Origin: Gammaproteobacteria bacterium
Lineage (GTDB): Bacteria > Pseudomonadota > Gammaproteobacteria > Pseudomonadales > UBA6940
Direction: 5' to 3'
DNA: 49,177 bases
Assembly (NCBI GenBank): GCA_038135915.1
Contig: JAYPYM010000001.1
Coordinates: 1 to 49,177 of the forward strand
Shown here: positions 8,981 to 18,516 of the stretch, one piece after another
Layout of the letters: the number at the start of each line of letters is the position of its first letter
Numbering within the stretch: the first letter of the stretch is position 1
Notes under the pieces: model-generated
Database searches by the model: none
What the model was told of the DNA's origin: nothing
Seen by the model: only the letters and a program-made list of their open reading frames with translations
Made by a program: the position numbers and the translations under genes

Positions 8981-11396
8981 CTTTACCCATCCCTGAATTA
9001 ATCAATTGTTTAAAGCGCGTATAATCTTCTGACTCACTTGAATAAAGGGCACTTGAAAATGGATCTAGTATCAATCTACCAACGCCCTCACCAAAAGGGG
9101 TTTCCATGTATAATTCGGAATAATGTGGTTTAACTAGTTTAATTCGCTTCAGCATATCTAAAGCAAAGCCGGTTTGGGATATATTCCCCTGTTGAGATGC
9201 AGCGTCATAGTTTCTATTTTCTAGGTAGAATTTAAAAGGCGAGTTTTCGCTTATCACCTCACCTGCGGGGCCAAACTTGGGTAGATCGTTTGGGCTTTGT
9301 GTAACAATTCCAAAGCATCCTCCATACCTTCTCGCTCTCCTATACCCTTCTTCTATCATGCTCCCGATCCTGCTACCATCTTTAAAGTACTGCCATGCTT
9401 CTTCAAACATTACCAGCCTCTGCTTAGATCTATCGGATAGGTAAAGATCCTGTGTAACAGAATTCATGACCTGCAACATAATTACATTAAATAATTGAGG
9501 GTCGTTCTTTAGCCTTTCAAGTTCGAGTATGACAAAATCATCAGAGCTTATATCAAAGTCTGATGGTCCATTAAATATCCTTCCGTAATTACCCTTTGAG
9601 GTAAACTCTCCAATGTTATACCCCATCGATTTAGCAATAGATGTAAGGAAATCGAAAGGTTCGGCATCTATTTCTCCACACTTATCTGGATAGCTTGATA
9701 GATATTCATATACATGATCAACACCATAGATTCCATTATCTCTCTTCTTAGCAAATCTAATTGCCTCTTTAAGAAGGTTATACTCATTATCTGTAAGCTC
9801 TTTCTTTGAAATAGAATAAACCATCTCTCCTAGTGTATTTGCTGTCATTGCTGTATCCGCATTAGCATCTTCTTCATCTCTTCCAATCGAATGGAAAGGG
9901 TTGATGCAAATCTTGTCCTTACCAAAATCCATAAATCTACCGTTTTTAGTCGCGCAGAGTCGTTCATACCCGTATCCAATATCGGTTAACCTAATGAGGG
10001 ATCCGGTAGCATGATAATTATCTAATATAAATTGAAGAAGCTGTGTTTTCCCCTTTCCTGTTGGCGCACAGATTAAAATATTTTTACTACTTGCTCTTTT
10101 GTCATAAATGTCTAAACCAACGAGCTGACCTTTGTTACCAACAAATAAACACACTGGATTATCAAGAATCCCTCTGAAATCTGCTTGAGTCGGTAAAAAG
10201 CAGGCTGCTGCTTCTGGCGTCATATAAAAATGCCTATCTAGAACCTTGATATTATTTTCAGACGCATAAAGGCCTAGGGGAAGTGACGAAATTAACATCG
10301 GGGATTGAATAAATGTTTCACGCTGTGTTTCACAATCACAAGCGTCCCATACTGACGCCGCTCTTGACGCAGCATGATCTAGGCTAATTTTATCTTTACA
10401 AAACAACCATAAGGAAGGAATGATTCGAATAAATTTTTTATTTTTTTCTGACTCTGTTAGTGCCCAATAACACTCTTCCTGTCTTTTTCCTATTTTTATT
10501 GCAAACTTTCCTGGGCTCTTTTGCGCTATAATCCAGGATGCATTAGAGCTTATACTACTCGATTGGTCATCGAGCAAGACAGTTGCGTTCCAAACGAATG
10601 GACAGGGTATCTGCATTAGGTCTTCTTTTGAACCTTCATACCCCCCTGAAAATTTATTGGCATTAATAGGGTTGATTTTCTCATCCAGGATTTTTGGCGT
10701 CAGACAGGTCGCATATTGCTCTCCGAGAATGAGGTGATCTTTCATTACTTCAATTTTCGTACTAGCAGAAATGATTTGCTTATTTATTGGAACCGCATCA
10801 TTATAGGTTGTTTCATCATCTGTTCCACAAATAACCTTTCTTATATAATGAATAAGTTTTTCAGGCTTCATAGGTTTTGGATTAAAACCTATGCCGTTAA
10901 GTGTAGTGATAGTATTCGATAGCTCCTGATCTGTTAAAGGTTCTTTAACTTTTAGTGATACGATTAGTTTAAAATTTCGGACAACATTACCAAATATTTT
11001 ATCTAAACCATTTCTACCAGACAGGATATACCTGGCAAATCCATGTATCGTTTCTTTAGATATTTCATCTAACCTTGTTTTATTAGAAATATATTTCTCA
11101 ATAATGTCCTTATAATCGGGGTCTGCGTAGAGACTAAACTGTATCATGGCACCTTTTGTGTACTTTCTTTGAAGAAGCGCAGCAATAACTTCTATATTTT
11201 GCTCGTCTATAAATGCTTTAGGCTGACACTCCCAAATATAACCATATTCTTCACTATTTGTGATATATATTTTATTAACATCATCATAGGCAACGTAAGG
11301 CAAGAATTTTGAAAATGATTCTCTTCTGGCCATATTTTCAAAATCATCTACCTTCTCACCGCCATTTTTTCCTAAAAGCTTTTGAACAATACCCAT
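8949..11396 (-). CDS. traC: TraC, VirB4-family T4SS ATPase
   Basis: 815 aa with Walker A APTGKGKTQ and a Walker B-like LVMFEEAW. AAGGGA Shine-Dalgarno upstream of the ATG. Position after traV. Confidence 0.95.
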   Translation of the reverse strand: MGIVQKLLGKNGGEKVDDFENMARRESFSKFLPYVAYDDVNKIYITNSEEYGYIWECQPKAFIDEQNIEVIAALLQRKYTKGAMIQFSLYADPDYKDIIEKYISNKTRLDEISKETIHGFARYILSGRNGLDKIFGNVVRNFKLIVSLKVKEPLTDQELSNTITTLNGIGFNPKPMKPEKLIHYIRKVICGTDDETTYNDAVPINKQIISASTKIEVMKDHLILGEQYATCLTPKILDEKINPINANKFSGGYEGSKEDLMQIPCPFVWNATVLLDDQSSSISSNASWIIAQKSPGKFAIKIGKRQEECYWALTESEKNKKFIRIIPSLWLFCKDKISLDHAASRAASVWDACDCETQRETFIQSPMLISSLPLGLYASENNIKVLDRHFYMTPEAAACFLPTQADFRGILDNPVCLFVGNKGQLVGLDIYDKRASSKNILICAPTGKGKTQLLQFILDNYHATGSLIRLTDIGYGYERLCATKNGRFMDFGKDKICINPFHSIGRDEEDANADTAMTANTLGEMVYSISKKELTDNEYNLLKEAIRFAKKRDNGIYGVDHVYEYLSSYPDKCGEIDAEPFDFLTSIAKSMGYNIGEFTSKGNYGRIFNGPSDFDISSDDFVILELERLKNDPQLFNVIMLQVMNSVTQDLYLSDRSKQRLVMFEEAWQYFKDGSRIGSMIEEGYRRARRYGGCFGIVTQSPNDLPKFGPAGEVISENSPFKFYLENRNYDAASQQGNISQTGFALDMLKRIKLVKPHYSELYMETPFGEGVGRLILDPFSSALYSSESEDYTRFKQLINSGMGKVEAIYKCLGI

Positions 11397-11407
11397 CGAC
11401 TAATCCC

Positions 11408-11578
11408 TTAAAATTTGTAATCTTTATATCTATCAAGTAGAAGCTGGATAAACTGTGTTTTTCCTTTTCCAGTCTGCACGCAGGTTAATAGTTTTCTCCC
11501 CTCATCTTCATTATTGTGAGGTTTCCTTATATTCTTACTATGGCTATTATTTGCTTCTTTATCTTTTGAGCTATCCAT
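11408..11578 (-). CDS. 56-aa micro-ORF carrying a TraC-like P-loop fragment
   Basis: Below the ORF-track cutoff. My translation is MDSSKDKEANNSHSKNIRKPHNNEDEGRKLLTCVQTGKGKTQFIQLLLDRYKDYKF. The ATG is 12 nt after the traV stop with AAGGG upstream. Its C-terminal half aligns with the TraC Walker A region. Confidence 0.4.
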   Translation of the reverse strand: MDSSKDKEANNSHSKNIRKPHNNEDEGRKLLTCVQTGKGKTQFIQLLLDRYKDYKF

Positions 11579-11590
11579 AGGGAAACCCTT

Positions 11591-12103
11591 TTAATCTGTC
11601 AGATTTTCTTCGATTGGTGATAGACTTTTGTAGTTCGTTTTATTCCTTTTATCTGTTTCTCCCATAACCCATCTAGGTTGATCAATGAAATAATAAACAT
11701 ATCTGTCCATATAAAAGGGGGATCCCTCAGATTCTGTCTTGTACGACAAAACAAATGTTTTAGCTACCTTCGCTTGGTTGTATACGGGAGCCTGAGGTCT
11801 TTGAATTTTCTCTTTTAACTCTTTATAAACATTCTCTTTATACGATCTATACTCCGACACATGCGATTCTGGAGGTACCTCATTCACAGATGTCTTTTTT
11901 TTTGTATTTTTATCTCCTAGATAAATCTCCTGCCCAACGTCCTTCCCTGTTGTCGCATGTTCATATGCATCTGTAACATTTACACAACGTCCAAACTTTT
12001 TAGTATCACATGCAAAGTTCTCTTCGTAGGGTATTAACCATGCACATGACGGCAAATATAAAATACTTAAAAATATTATTATTAATTTAGCCATTTGACG
12101 CAT
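11591..12103 (-). CDS. traV: TraV, T4SS outer-membrane lipoprotein
   Basis: 170 aa with lipobox YLPSC. Size and position between traB and traC fit TraV. Confidence 0.7.
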   Translation of the reverse strand: MRQMAKLIIIFLSILYLPSCAWLIPYEENFACDTKKFGRCVNVTDAYEHATTGKDVGQEIYLGDKNTKKKTSVNEVPPESHVSEYRSYKENVYKELKEKIQRPQAPVYNQAKVAKTFVLSYKTESEGSPFYMDRYVYYFIDQPRWVMGETDKRNKTNYKSLSPIEENLTD

Positions 12104-13310
12104 ACCCCTCGATATCCTCTACAGTTATTTCAGCAACATCTGTAATTACGATAGTAACCTTTTTAGTGGGACCAATCTCTATTACAGGGCTTGTCTGTTC
12201 TATTAGGTCAATAAATATTTCTTTTATGTCTGATGAAGCTTCACTGATCCCTTGTCCTAAACCAGAACTAAATAGAGATCCGCTATCCTTTAAAGCCTCA
12301 ACAACTGCACCATCATCAATAACTGTTACTTTATTATTTGCTGCAATCGCTTTACCGGCCCCATCAATCATTCCAGCGGCAAATGCCCTGGCAATATTTT
12401 GTCCTGCTTTGTAAACGACTCTTCCTTTTAGACCTTTAGAACCATCTTCATCTACCATATAACCACTAATTTTTGAATTTATAATAGATGCACCATTATT
12501 TGCTGTGCAGTTTAAGCTAACTAAAAGACCATCCACCCTTTCTGAGGCTAAATATCCATGTCCATTAGCAATAATAAAGCACCCCTTTAAATTAGCCTTT
12601 ATGTGATTAGGCAATATTGCTGGCTTTTGTATTCTTAATAACATCGGCTGTGGACGTTTGTCTCCAGCTTGTACTGTGTCCGCTTTAATACCGGTTAAGA
12701 GTTGTGCTTCCATAAAGCCTGGGGAAAGCTTGAAGGTCTTTGCCTTTTTTTTTTCATAACCCTCTCGGTTGGTGCTCTTTCCAGAGACTCTTGTAATTCC
12801 ACCCACTAACTCCGGCTTAATCATTTCTCTTTCAATGTTTCGCACATGTGAACCAGTTTTATTCTCTCTATTTCGATTCCCGTAATCTCCATAATCTGGT
12901 GGCGGTGTTCCACCGACTGATTTTTCAACGTGAGCAATTGGCTTTTTAACCTGGACTACTTTGCTTTTTTCTTTTTCAATATTCTTAATGAGGTTTGTTA
13001 ATTGATTATACTGTGTATTGAGATCCTTTAATTTACGTTCCGTAACCTTGTTTTGCTCCTCTTGTGCTTCCTTATCCTTCTCTATTTTTGCTTTAATATC
13101 GTCTTCAAGTAGATTATCTCCAAGACTAATAAGTCGAGTTGGTTCTTTAGCTTCAGCTTTAATTTCATCAAGGTCTCGTGCGTAATAAAGTATGATACCA
13201 ACCAAAACAACTGACAGTACTAAAATAGATTTTACAGCCTTCTGTTTTTTGTGAGGCTCTAACCTATTCCAACCTTCTATAATCTCATCCTTGCTCATGG
13301 TGAACCCCAC
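12087..13310 (-). CDS. traB: TraB (VirB10-like) T4SS core protein
   Basis: 407 aa with an N-terminal TM segment, a coiled-coil/charged linker and a conserved C-terminal beta-rich domain. It lies after traK. Confidence 0.85.
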   Translation of the reverse strand: MGFTMSKDEIIEGWNRLEPHKKQKAVKSILVLSVVLVGIILYYARDLDEIKAEAKEPTRLISLGDNLLEDDIKAKIEKDKEAQEEQNKVTERKLKDLNTQYNQLTNLIKNIEKEKSKVVQVKKPIAHVEKSVGGTPPPDYGDYGNRNRENKTGSHVRNIEREMIKPELVGGITRVSGKSTNREGYEKKKAKTFKLSPGFMEAQLLTGIKADTVQAGDKRPQPMLLRIQKPAILPNHIKANLKGCFIIANGHGYLASERVDGLLVSLNCTANNGASIINSKISGYMVDEDGSKGLKGRVVYKAGQNIARAFAAGMIDGAGKAIAANNKVTVIDDGAVVEALKDSGSLFSSGLGQGISEASSDIKEIFIDLIEQTSPVIEIGPTKKVTIVITDVAEITVEDIEGYASNG

Positions 13311-14094
13311 TTATTATAATAACTCGCATTTGATCGCCCTTCGTGAGTTTAATGAAATGTTTTTCACTACCTGGATCATTTTGGTCATGATTAAACAGTG
13401 TTATAGCCATTATATTTTCACCGAATAGAGGGTCTATAAAAAATGCCTCTGTCAACTCCATATCTGAGAAGACATCAATCGTATATTCGTGAGCAACTAC
13501 CCCAGTACCTTCAGGCCTAACCTCTTTTCTAAGTACTATATTTGACCAGTTATAAATATAATGATTTGACCTAGTTATATCTGAGATCAGCAGTGGTTTA
13601 TCTATGCTTTTAACGCTAAACGTCTCAGGATACTGATCACTAATAACAGCCTTAGTAAGTGAGACAATCATCTCCTCTCGACTCATTCCATTAAAAAGAG
13701 AGATATTCTTTTTCACTTTATCGGTCACATAATTATTTAGATATACAATCTTTGCGTGTACCTGTTTCGGTACCGTTATGAGGGTATAAACCTGATCGGC
13801 GCAAACAATATGAATCTCGCCTCTCTCATTAATAAGCTGTTTTTGTGTTCCGAGCTGGATATGCTGATATTGAAGAAACACATTATTATCGATTACTTCA
13901 GCAATCATTCCCTTGTTTTGAGAATAAAATACATCTGCTACGTTTCCGCCATTACACACAATTCTATTGGTGCCTGAATTAGAAAATGTCACAGCGGTCG
14001 GCTTATCTGGATAAACTACCACCTCAGCGAATAAAATATTAGAAAGCGCAGATGTTGAAAGTGACAAGACAACCAGTATTAATATTTTTTTCAT
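13285..14094 (-). CDS. traK: TraK (VirB9-like) T4SS core protein
   Basis: 269 aa with a signal peptide. Position is between traE and traB. Confidence 0.8.
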   Translation of the reverse strand: MKKILILVVLSLSTSALSNILFAEVVVYPDKPTAVTFSNSGTNRIVCNGGNVADVFYSQNKGMIAEVIDNNVFLQYQHIQLGTQKQLINERGEIHIVCADQVYTLITVPKQVHAKIVYLNNYVTDKVKKNISLFNGMSREEMIVSLTKAVISDQYPETFSVKSIDKPLLISDITRSNHYIYNWSNIVLRKEVRPEGTGVVAHEYTIDVFSDMELTEAFFIDPLFGENIMAITLFNHDQNDPGSEKHFIKLTKGDQMRVIIISGVHHEQG

Positions 14095-14660
14095 ACCTCA
14101 TTCTCCTTTTCATTTATTGCGTCAATCCAAAATCTTCCGTCCTCTATGTGATAATCTATTGTTATAAGTTTTTTATCTGATCGTGTAATGTCACCGTTCA
14201 CTAATCTATGCCTAATGACATCAATTTCTATTCTTTCATCTGTTGCCTTTAATGGCTCTTCACCAACCCAAACCATTTGGTATGAGATTGAAGAATAATT
14301 CTTCACTTCCTTCTTTAGTCTTTCAAATTGATCCTGTGCTATAACGTAGGTTTTTGGAGACATTAATTGAAGCAATTCATCTAATTGGTTTTCAACCGTG
14401 CTCGCTGTGTAGTTGCCGATCATGCTTGTGATATATCTAGAAATCATTCTTATATATCCACTTTCTACTGATCTTTCCGATACTTCAAATGGCCCACCGT
14501 ATCCAACGGGCATAATTATTGTTTTTCTATCCTGCACAAGATGAAAATTGGCATATAGATTAAGAATAGAAAAAGAGGTAATTAACAAAAGGCAAAGTTT
14601 TAATACTCTATTTTCAGCAAAAAGATTAGAGGTCTTTTGTTTATAGATTTCTATATTCAT
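14091..14660 (-). CDS. traE: TraE (VirB5/8-position) pilus assembly protein
   Basis: 189 aa with a single N-terminal TM segment. Overlapping start/stop codons with traL and traK. Confidence 0.8.
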   Translation of the reverse strand: MNIEIYKQKTSNLFAENRVLKLCLLLITSFSILNLYANFHLVQDRKTIIMPVGYGGPFEVSERSVESGYIRMISRYITSMIGNYTASTVENQLDELLQLMSPKTYVIAQDQFERLKKEVKNYSSISYQMVWVGEEPLKATDERIEIDVIRHRLVNGDITRSDKKLITIDYHIEDGRFWIDAINEKENEV

Positions 14661-14926
14661 TCGAAAAATCTCTTTGAGAAGTAATTCGGGTAGCCTTTCA
14701 ATTGAAAAAAGCCGAGGCCATAGAGCGCGTGCCCTATAAAGCCTCTACTTTTCCCTCTTTTCATGAAAATAAATGCCCCAGGTATCACTACTAAAGAAAT
14801 CCAAGCCCACCCACCTATGGCGAGGCCGACAACGTATGACAGTATAATCATGAACATATCATGCGAATCGAACCATAGAAGCTGCATCGGGAGATGTAAG
14901 TATTGAGGGACTCGAATTTCTTTCAT
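14657..14926 (-). CDS. traL: TraL (VirB3-like) pilus assembly protein
   Basis: 89 aa. VPQYLHLPMQLLWFDSHDMFMIILSYVVGLAIGG matches the TraL pattern of xPxYLDxPxxxLxW plus a TM segment. Confidence 0.8.
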   Translation of the reverse strand: MKEIRVPQYLHLPMQLLWFDSHDMFMIILSYVVGLAIGGWAWISLVVIPGAFIFMKRGKSRGFIGHALYGLGFFQLKGYPNYFSKRFFE

Positions 14927-14936
14927 TTCATTTTAC

Positions 14937-15260
14937 CTAGATCAATGCTATTGACATGCCGAGGGTGCCCACTATCGTATCGGCTTGGCTTACTGCAGTA
15001 CCAGCAATAATTGCCAATACCGCTGGCATCCAATTTCTAAAAAGTTGAACGCCACCCCAAATAATGATTGCTATACCACCTACAAATCCAATCGGGCCGC
15101 CTAGAATCCCATTAACTACTGTATCGTAGATAGCATAACCAAGTGCGGTATCATCCGTAGGCGCTGTGAATGCAAATACAGCACCTGGCGCAAACATCAA
15201 CATTGAGGCTAACGCTGAAAGCGCAAGAGACACCTTTTTTCTTAGTGCTTGATTCCTCAT
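14937..15260 (-). CDS. traA: Propilin (TraA-like)
   Basis: 107 aa with a roughly 30-aa leader ending GAVFA, then two hydrophobic helices. It lies immediately upstream of traL, as in F. Confidence 0.65.
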   Translation of the reverse strand: MRNQALRKKVSLALSALASMLMFAPGAVFAFTAPTDDTALGYAIYDTVVNGILGGPIGFVGGIAIIIWGGVQLFRNWMPAVLAIIAGTAVSQADTIVGTLGMSIALI

Positions 15261-15262
15261 AA

Positions 15263-15997
15263 TTACTTTCCTCTTAGATAGTTCATTAGTTTCTCCCTTT
15301 GCATCCCCTTAACCAATTCATTATTGTTTTGCACCAAAATAAATGCAGGCGTGACCTCCACTCCAAATTTACCTACTATTTCAGAGTGTTTAATAAGTTG
15401 TTTCCTTCCCTCTTCGCAGTCTCTAAGGTCTTCATCCATAATCATTCCAAACATTACCTGATCTAATGCAGTCTGAGAGTCTTCACTACACATAATGTGA
15501 ATAGCTTTTTTTGCACTATTGCCATCTATACCTTTGACTGAAAAAATAACTTTTCTGGTAGGGCTGTATTTCTTAGATAAATAGTTCCAGTCTCTGCAAT
15601 AGGAACAATTTGGGTCGATGAACTCAATGATCTCTTTTGTATCTGGTGACGATATACCTGTTATTTTGAGGGCTGACCCAGTTTTAATTTCACTAGCCCT
15701 CCTGGCGAACTCTGCTTGTAGTGACTGCTGGGTTAGAGAAATGCCAGAGGAATTTAATATTTCGCCAAAGACAAGCAATTCACTTTTTGGGTAGTAATAA
15801 AGCACTCTGCTTCCTGTATAAACTTCGTAAAGATCATCAATAGGTGATTGGGATACATTGGTAATCGTTAGGTTTTGAAATGACATTTTCAATTTATCTT
15901 GTAGTTTTTTATTTAAACCATCACTTTCTGGGTAACCCACCAACGGGAAACCAAGCATGATGAAAAAATAGATCAGTCTTATAATGTATGTTTTCAT
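15263..15997 (-). CDS. dsbC: DsbC-like thiol:disulfide interchange protein
   Basis: 244 aa with a signal peptide and a thioredoxin-fold CSYC active site. It is the first gene of the tra structural operon. Confidence 0.8.
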   Translation of the reverse strand: MKTYIIRLIYFFIMLGFPLVGYPESDGLNKKLQDKLKMSFQNLTITNVSQSPIDDLYEVYTGSRVLYYYPKSELLVFGEILNSSGISLTQQSLQAEFARRASEIKTGSALKITGISSPDTKEIIEFIDPNCSYCRDWNYLSKKYSPTRKVIFSVKGIDGNSAKKAIHIMCSEDSQTALDQVMFGMIMDEDLRDCEEGRKQLIKHSEIVGKFGVEVTPAFILVQNNNELVKGMQREKLMNYLRGK

Positions 15998-16003
15998 ACA
16001 AAC

Positions 16004-16351
16004 CTATGCCGAAATAAAATGTTTTTTTTGATCGATCCTACTATCTTCTTCCGTCACCTTATACAACACAGTGTAAATAATTTCATTTTCACTCACTCTA
16101 TCTCTAATGGAAAGCTTTTTAAGCTTACATAAATGATTAGATTCAAACCAAAACGGTATAAAAATAGTTTTTGTAGGCAATTTTTCGTATTTATACCAGC
16201 CTATATCCTGCTTTTTGCGCAGTTCAAAGAAAATTTCCATGGCGTCACGAGTGTAATCTATTAACGAAATATCCTTCCTTCTTGTTATTCGTTTAATTGA
16301 TTTTCTCATTTCATTTGTTATCAAAATTTGCTTTAAACAAAGAGAAGACAT
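16004..16351 (-). CDS. Tandem ribbon-helix-helix-like small regulator (paralog 2)
   Basis: 115 aa. Two consecutive strand-helix-helix-like segments (QILITNEMRKSIKRI... and IFIPFWFESNHLCKLKKLSIRDRVSENEIIYTVL) share their architecture with the adjacent 107-aa protein. The call is based on pattern only. Confidence 0.5.
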   Translation of the reverse strand: MSSLCLKQILITNEMRKSIKRITRRKDISLIDYTRDAMEIFFELRKKQDIGWYKYEKLPTKTIFIPFWFESNHLCKLKKLSIRDRVSENEIIYTVLYKVTEEDSRIDQKKHFISA

Positions 16352-16432
16352 TAACCATTCCTTGTTTTTATGTATTCATACAAACTTTAATACCTTAATT
16401 AGCATAGCGCAAGAAATAATTACTTTTTTTCG

Positions 16433-16756
16433 CTACTCTTTTTCTTGTAGAAAATATGTGATTGCTGTAAATATTATTCTGTTAATAGACATTGAGTCCT
16501 GCTTTGATAGCTTCTTAACCATGGCAATAATGTTATCGTCTATCCACATAGTAATATATTTACTTGTTCCTTTAGGAGAAGCTAAATAATGGAAGTTCGC
16601 ATTATTTTTCTTCTCGCCCAAAAACCACAAAAGCATAGAATCGTATACCTCATTCATGGTCATTCCAGACTCTGATGCATAGTTTTTTAATTTTTGATGG
16701 CTTTCAACAGGCATAGGAACCTGCTGACACACTCGATCTGTATATTTGGTGGTCAT
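16433..16756 (-). CDS. Tandem ribbon-helix-helix-like small regulator (paralog 1; TraY-like architecture)
   Basis: 107 aa. The segments QQVPMPVESHQKLKNYASESGMTMNEVYDSMLLWFL and YITMWIDDNIIAMVKKLSKQDSMSINRIIFTAITYFL look like two RHH units in tandem. Confidence 0.55.
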   Translation of the reverse strand: MTTKYTDRVCQQVPMPVESHQKLKNYASESGMTMNEVYDSMLLWFLGEKKNNANFHYLASPKGTSKYITMWIDDNIIAMVKKLSKQDSMSINRIIFTAITYFLQEKE

Positions 16757-16760
16757 TTTT

Positions 16761-16790
16761 TGATCTTAAGGTGAAATTTGATGATCTTAA
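16761..16790 (-). promoter_or_regulatory. Two direct TGATCTTAA repeats (21-nt spacing) just upstream of the first RHH gene; candidate operator
   Basis: Exact 9-mers at 16761-16769 and 16782-16790, between the gene start (16756) and the upstream gene stop (16815). Confidence 0.4.
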
Positions 16791-16814
16791 TTCTATATAA
16801 GTATCAGTATTTCT

Positions 16815-17219
16815 TCAAGGAAGCTGAGCAAGATACTCTTTTAAGACTAGCGCCTCATCTTTGGATCTAATATATTCCTGTACTAGCTCCATTAAATCAC
16901 ATGAGTACATCTTCCTACACAACCATAACTCTATTTGATCAGCATCAATACTTGCTCCTGTATCAGGCATATCGTAAATCACATCCTCAAAAAAGGGCTC
17001 GTATAATTGATACGCCTCATCCTTCATTGTTTCTGGCAAATATTTGAACAGGACATTCAATGCTAGGTGCTTTCCTGCCACACCACTTTCCTTGCCCCAA
17101 CTCATTCCTATTCCAGATTCTATCCATAGTTTTTGTTCGATATTTACACAACGACGCTTATTCGCGTCTATCTCGCATTTTATTCCGGGATAATTGTCTT
17201 TACTTGATATATGTTTCAT
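16815..17219 (-). CDS. Hypothetical protein
   Basis: 134-aa ORF. The segment SGIGMSWGKESGVAGKHLALNVLFKYL resembles a small conserved phage/plasmid domain (DUF6166-like, from memory and unverified). Confidence 0.5.
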   Translation of the reverse strand: MKHISSKDNYPGIKCEIDANKRRCVNIEQKLWIESGIGMSWGKESGVAGKHLALNVLFKYLPETMKDEAYQLYEPFFEDVIYDMPDTGASIDADQIELWLCRKMYSCDLMELVQEYIRSKDEALVLKEYLAQLP

Positions 17220-17837
17220 CTTCCTTGTCCCTCTAAAAATACGAGTTTTTTTAAATAAGCTTTCTCAGATAAATTAACTACAGTAGAAGAAATAGTGCCC
17301 GTAAGTTTGTAGCTCGAATTTAGTAATTGCCATGAGTCGCGGGAATAGCTTTGTTTTCGGTCATAGAGTCGCGGTTTCAATCAAGACTTCTTGAAGTATG
17401 CGAACTCGGGTGCACTCCATATTTTGATTCCAGGTAGTAATAATTTTTTCTCCAGTCCTATCGTCTATTTCTTTAGTCTGCCGCTTCTCGTTCTGTTGAT
17501 AGAAAACATTTTAAGAACGTCACTTGAGTAATGAAGAAGCGACAAACACTTTTCTAAATCTCACAACCTTTGACCTTCCAACTCATTTAGTGCAGATATT
17601 AATGCACATTAAGGGCATTATCAATACACTTTTAACACTAAATAAATAGTATAAGCTCCAGTTAAAAGGCGTTTAAAATATAAAAAGTGGGAATATATGC
17701 AAACATGGTGAATGATTCGTGCATCCTTTGTGCATAGCAAATTCAGAAAGGAGTTTGCAAATATAGAATTTTTGCTAGATGTCTTGCACTATATAACTGT
17801 ATAATACGGCACACATTGGTCACATAACGAACAGAAA

Positions 17838-18488
17838 ATGGAAAAGATGAAACTCATAATTGCTGACGATCACCCTTATATAAGCAAAGGGGTAGAAAAC
17901 TCATTGGCTGAAAAAAATGATATAGAGGTAGTCGCAAACGTATTAAAACTAGAGCTTTTGCGTGATCAGATAGAATCGTTTGCCCCAGATATCGTGTTGT
18001 TGGATATATCATTCCAAAATAACAAAGAAAATGGATTGGATTTTTTAAAGGCAAATAAAGACTTACTATCCCAGTGTAAATTTATAGTTTTTAGCCAGCA
18101 CGATGATGTTTCTGTAATAAAGCATGCTTATTTATCGGGAGCTTCTTCATACCTGACTAAAACAGCAGGTACCGGCGAACTCTATCACACTATTAATAAA
18201 GTGTTTGAGGAAGGTACCTATATACCAGAACAATTGGCAGTCCCTTTAGCAAACATCTTTGTAAAAGATAACAAAGAGAATATTGAAGTCGAAAGCCTAT
18301 TAACGGAGAGAGAATATAAAGTATTTCTTTTGACTGCTAAAGGAAAAAACCGTAATGAAATTGCTGATGAGGCTAATATTGCCTTACGAACAGTGGCCAA
18401 TGATTTGGCATCGTGCAAAGCTAAGCTCAAAATAGAAAGACCAGCAGAGTTCACAATGTTAGCAATGCGGAAAGGGTTTATTAGTTAA
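17838..18488 (+). CDS. NarL/LuxR-family response regulator (REC + HTH)
   Basis: 216 aa with receiver motifs (IIADDH...VLLDISF) and a C-terminal LuxR-type HTH (LTEREYKVFLLTAKGKNRNEIADEANIALRTVANDL). Confidence 0.9.
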   Translation: MEKMKLIIADDHPYISKGVENSLAEKNDIEVVANVLKLELLRDQIESFAPDIVLLDISFQNNKENGLDFLKANKDLLSQCKFIVFSQHDDVSVIKHAYLSGASSYLTKTAGTGELYHTINKVFEEGTYIPEQLAVPLANIFVKDNKENIEVESLLTEREYKVFLLTAKGKNRNEIADEANIALRTVANDLASCKAKLKIERPAEFTMLAMRKGFIS

Positions 18489-18516
18489 AGAAGTCTAAAT
18501 TAAGCGGGGAAATAAA

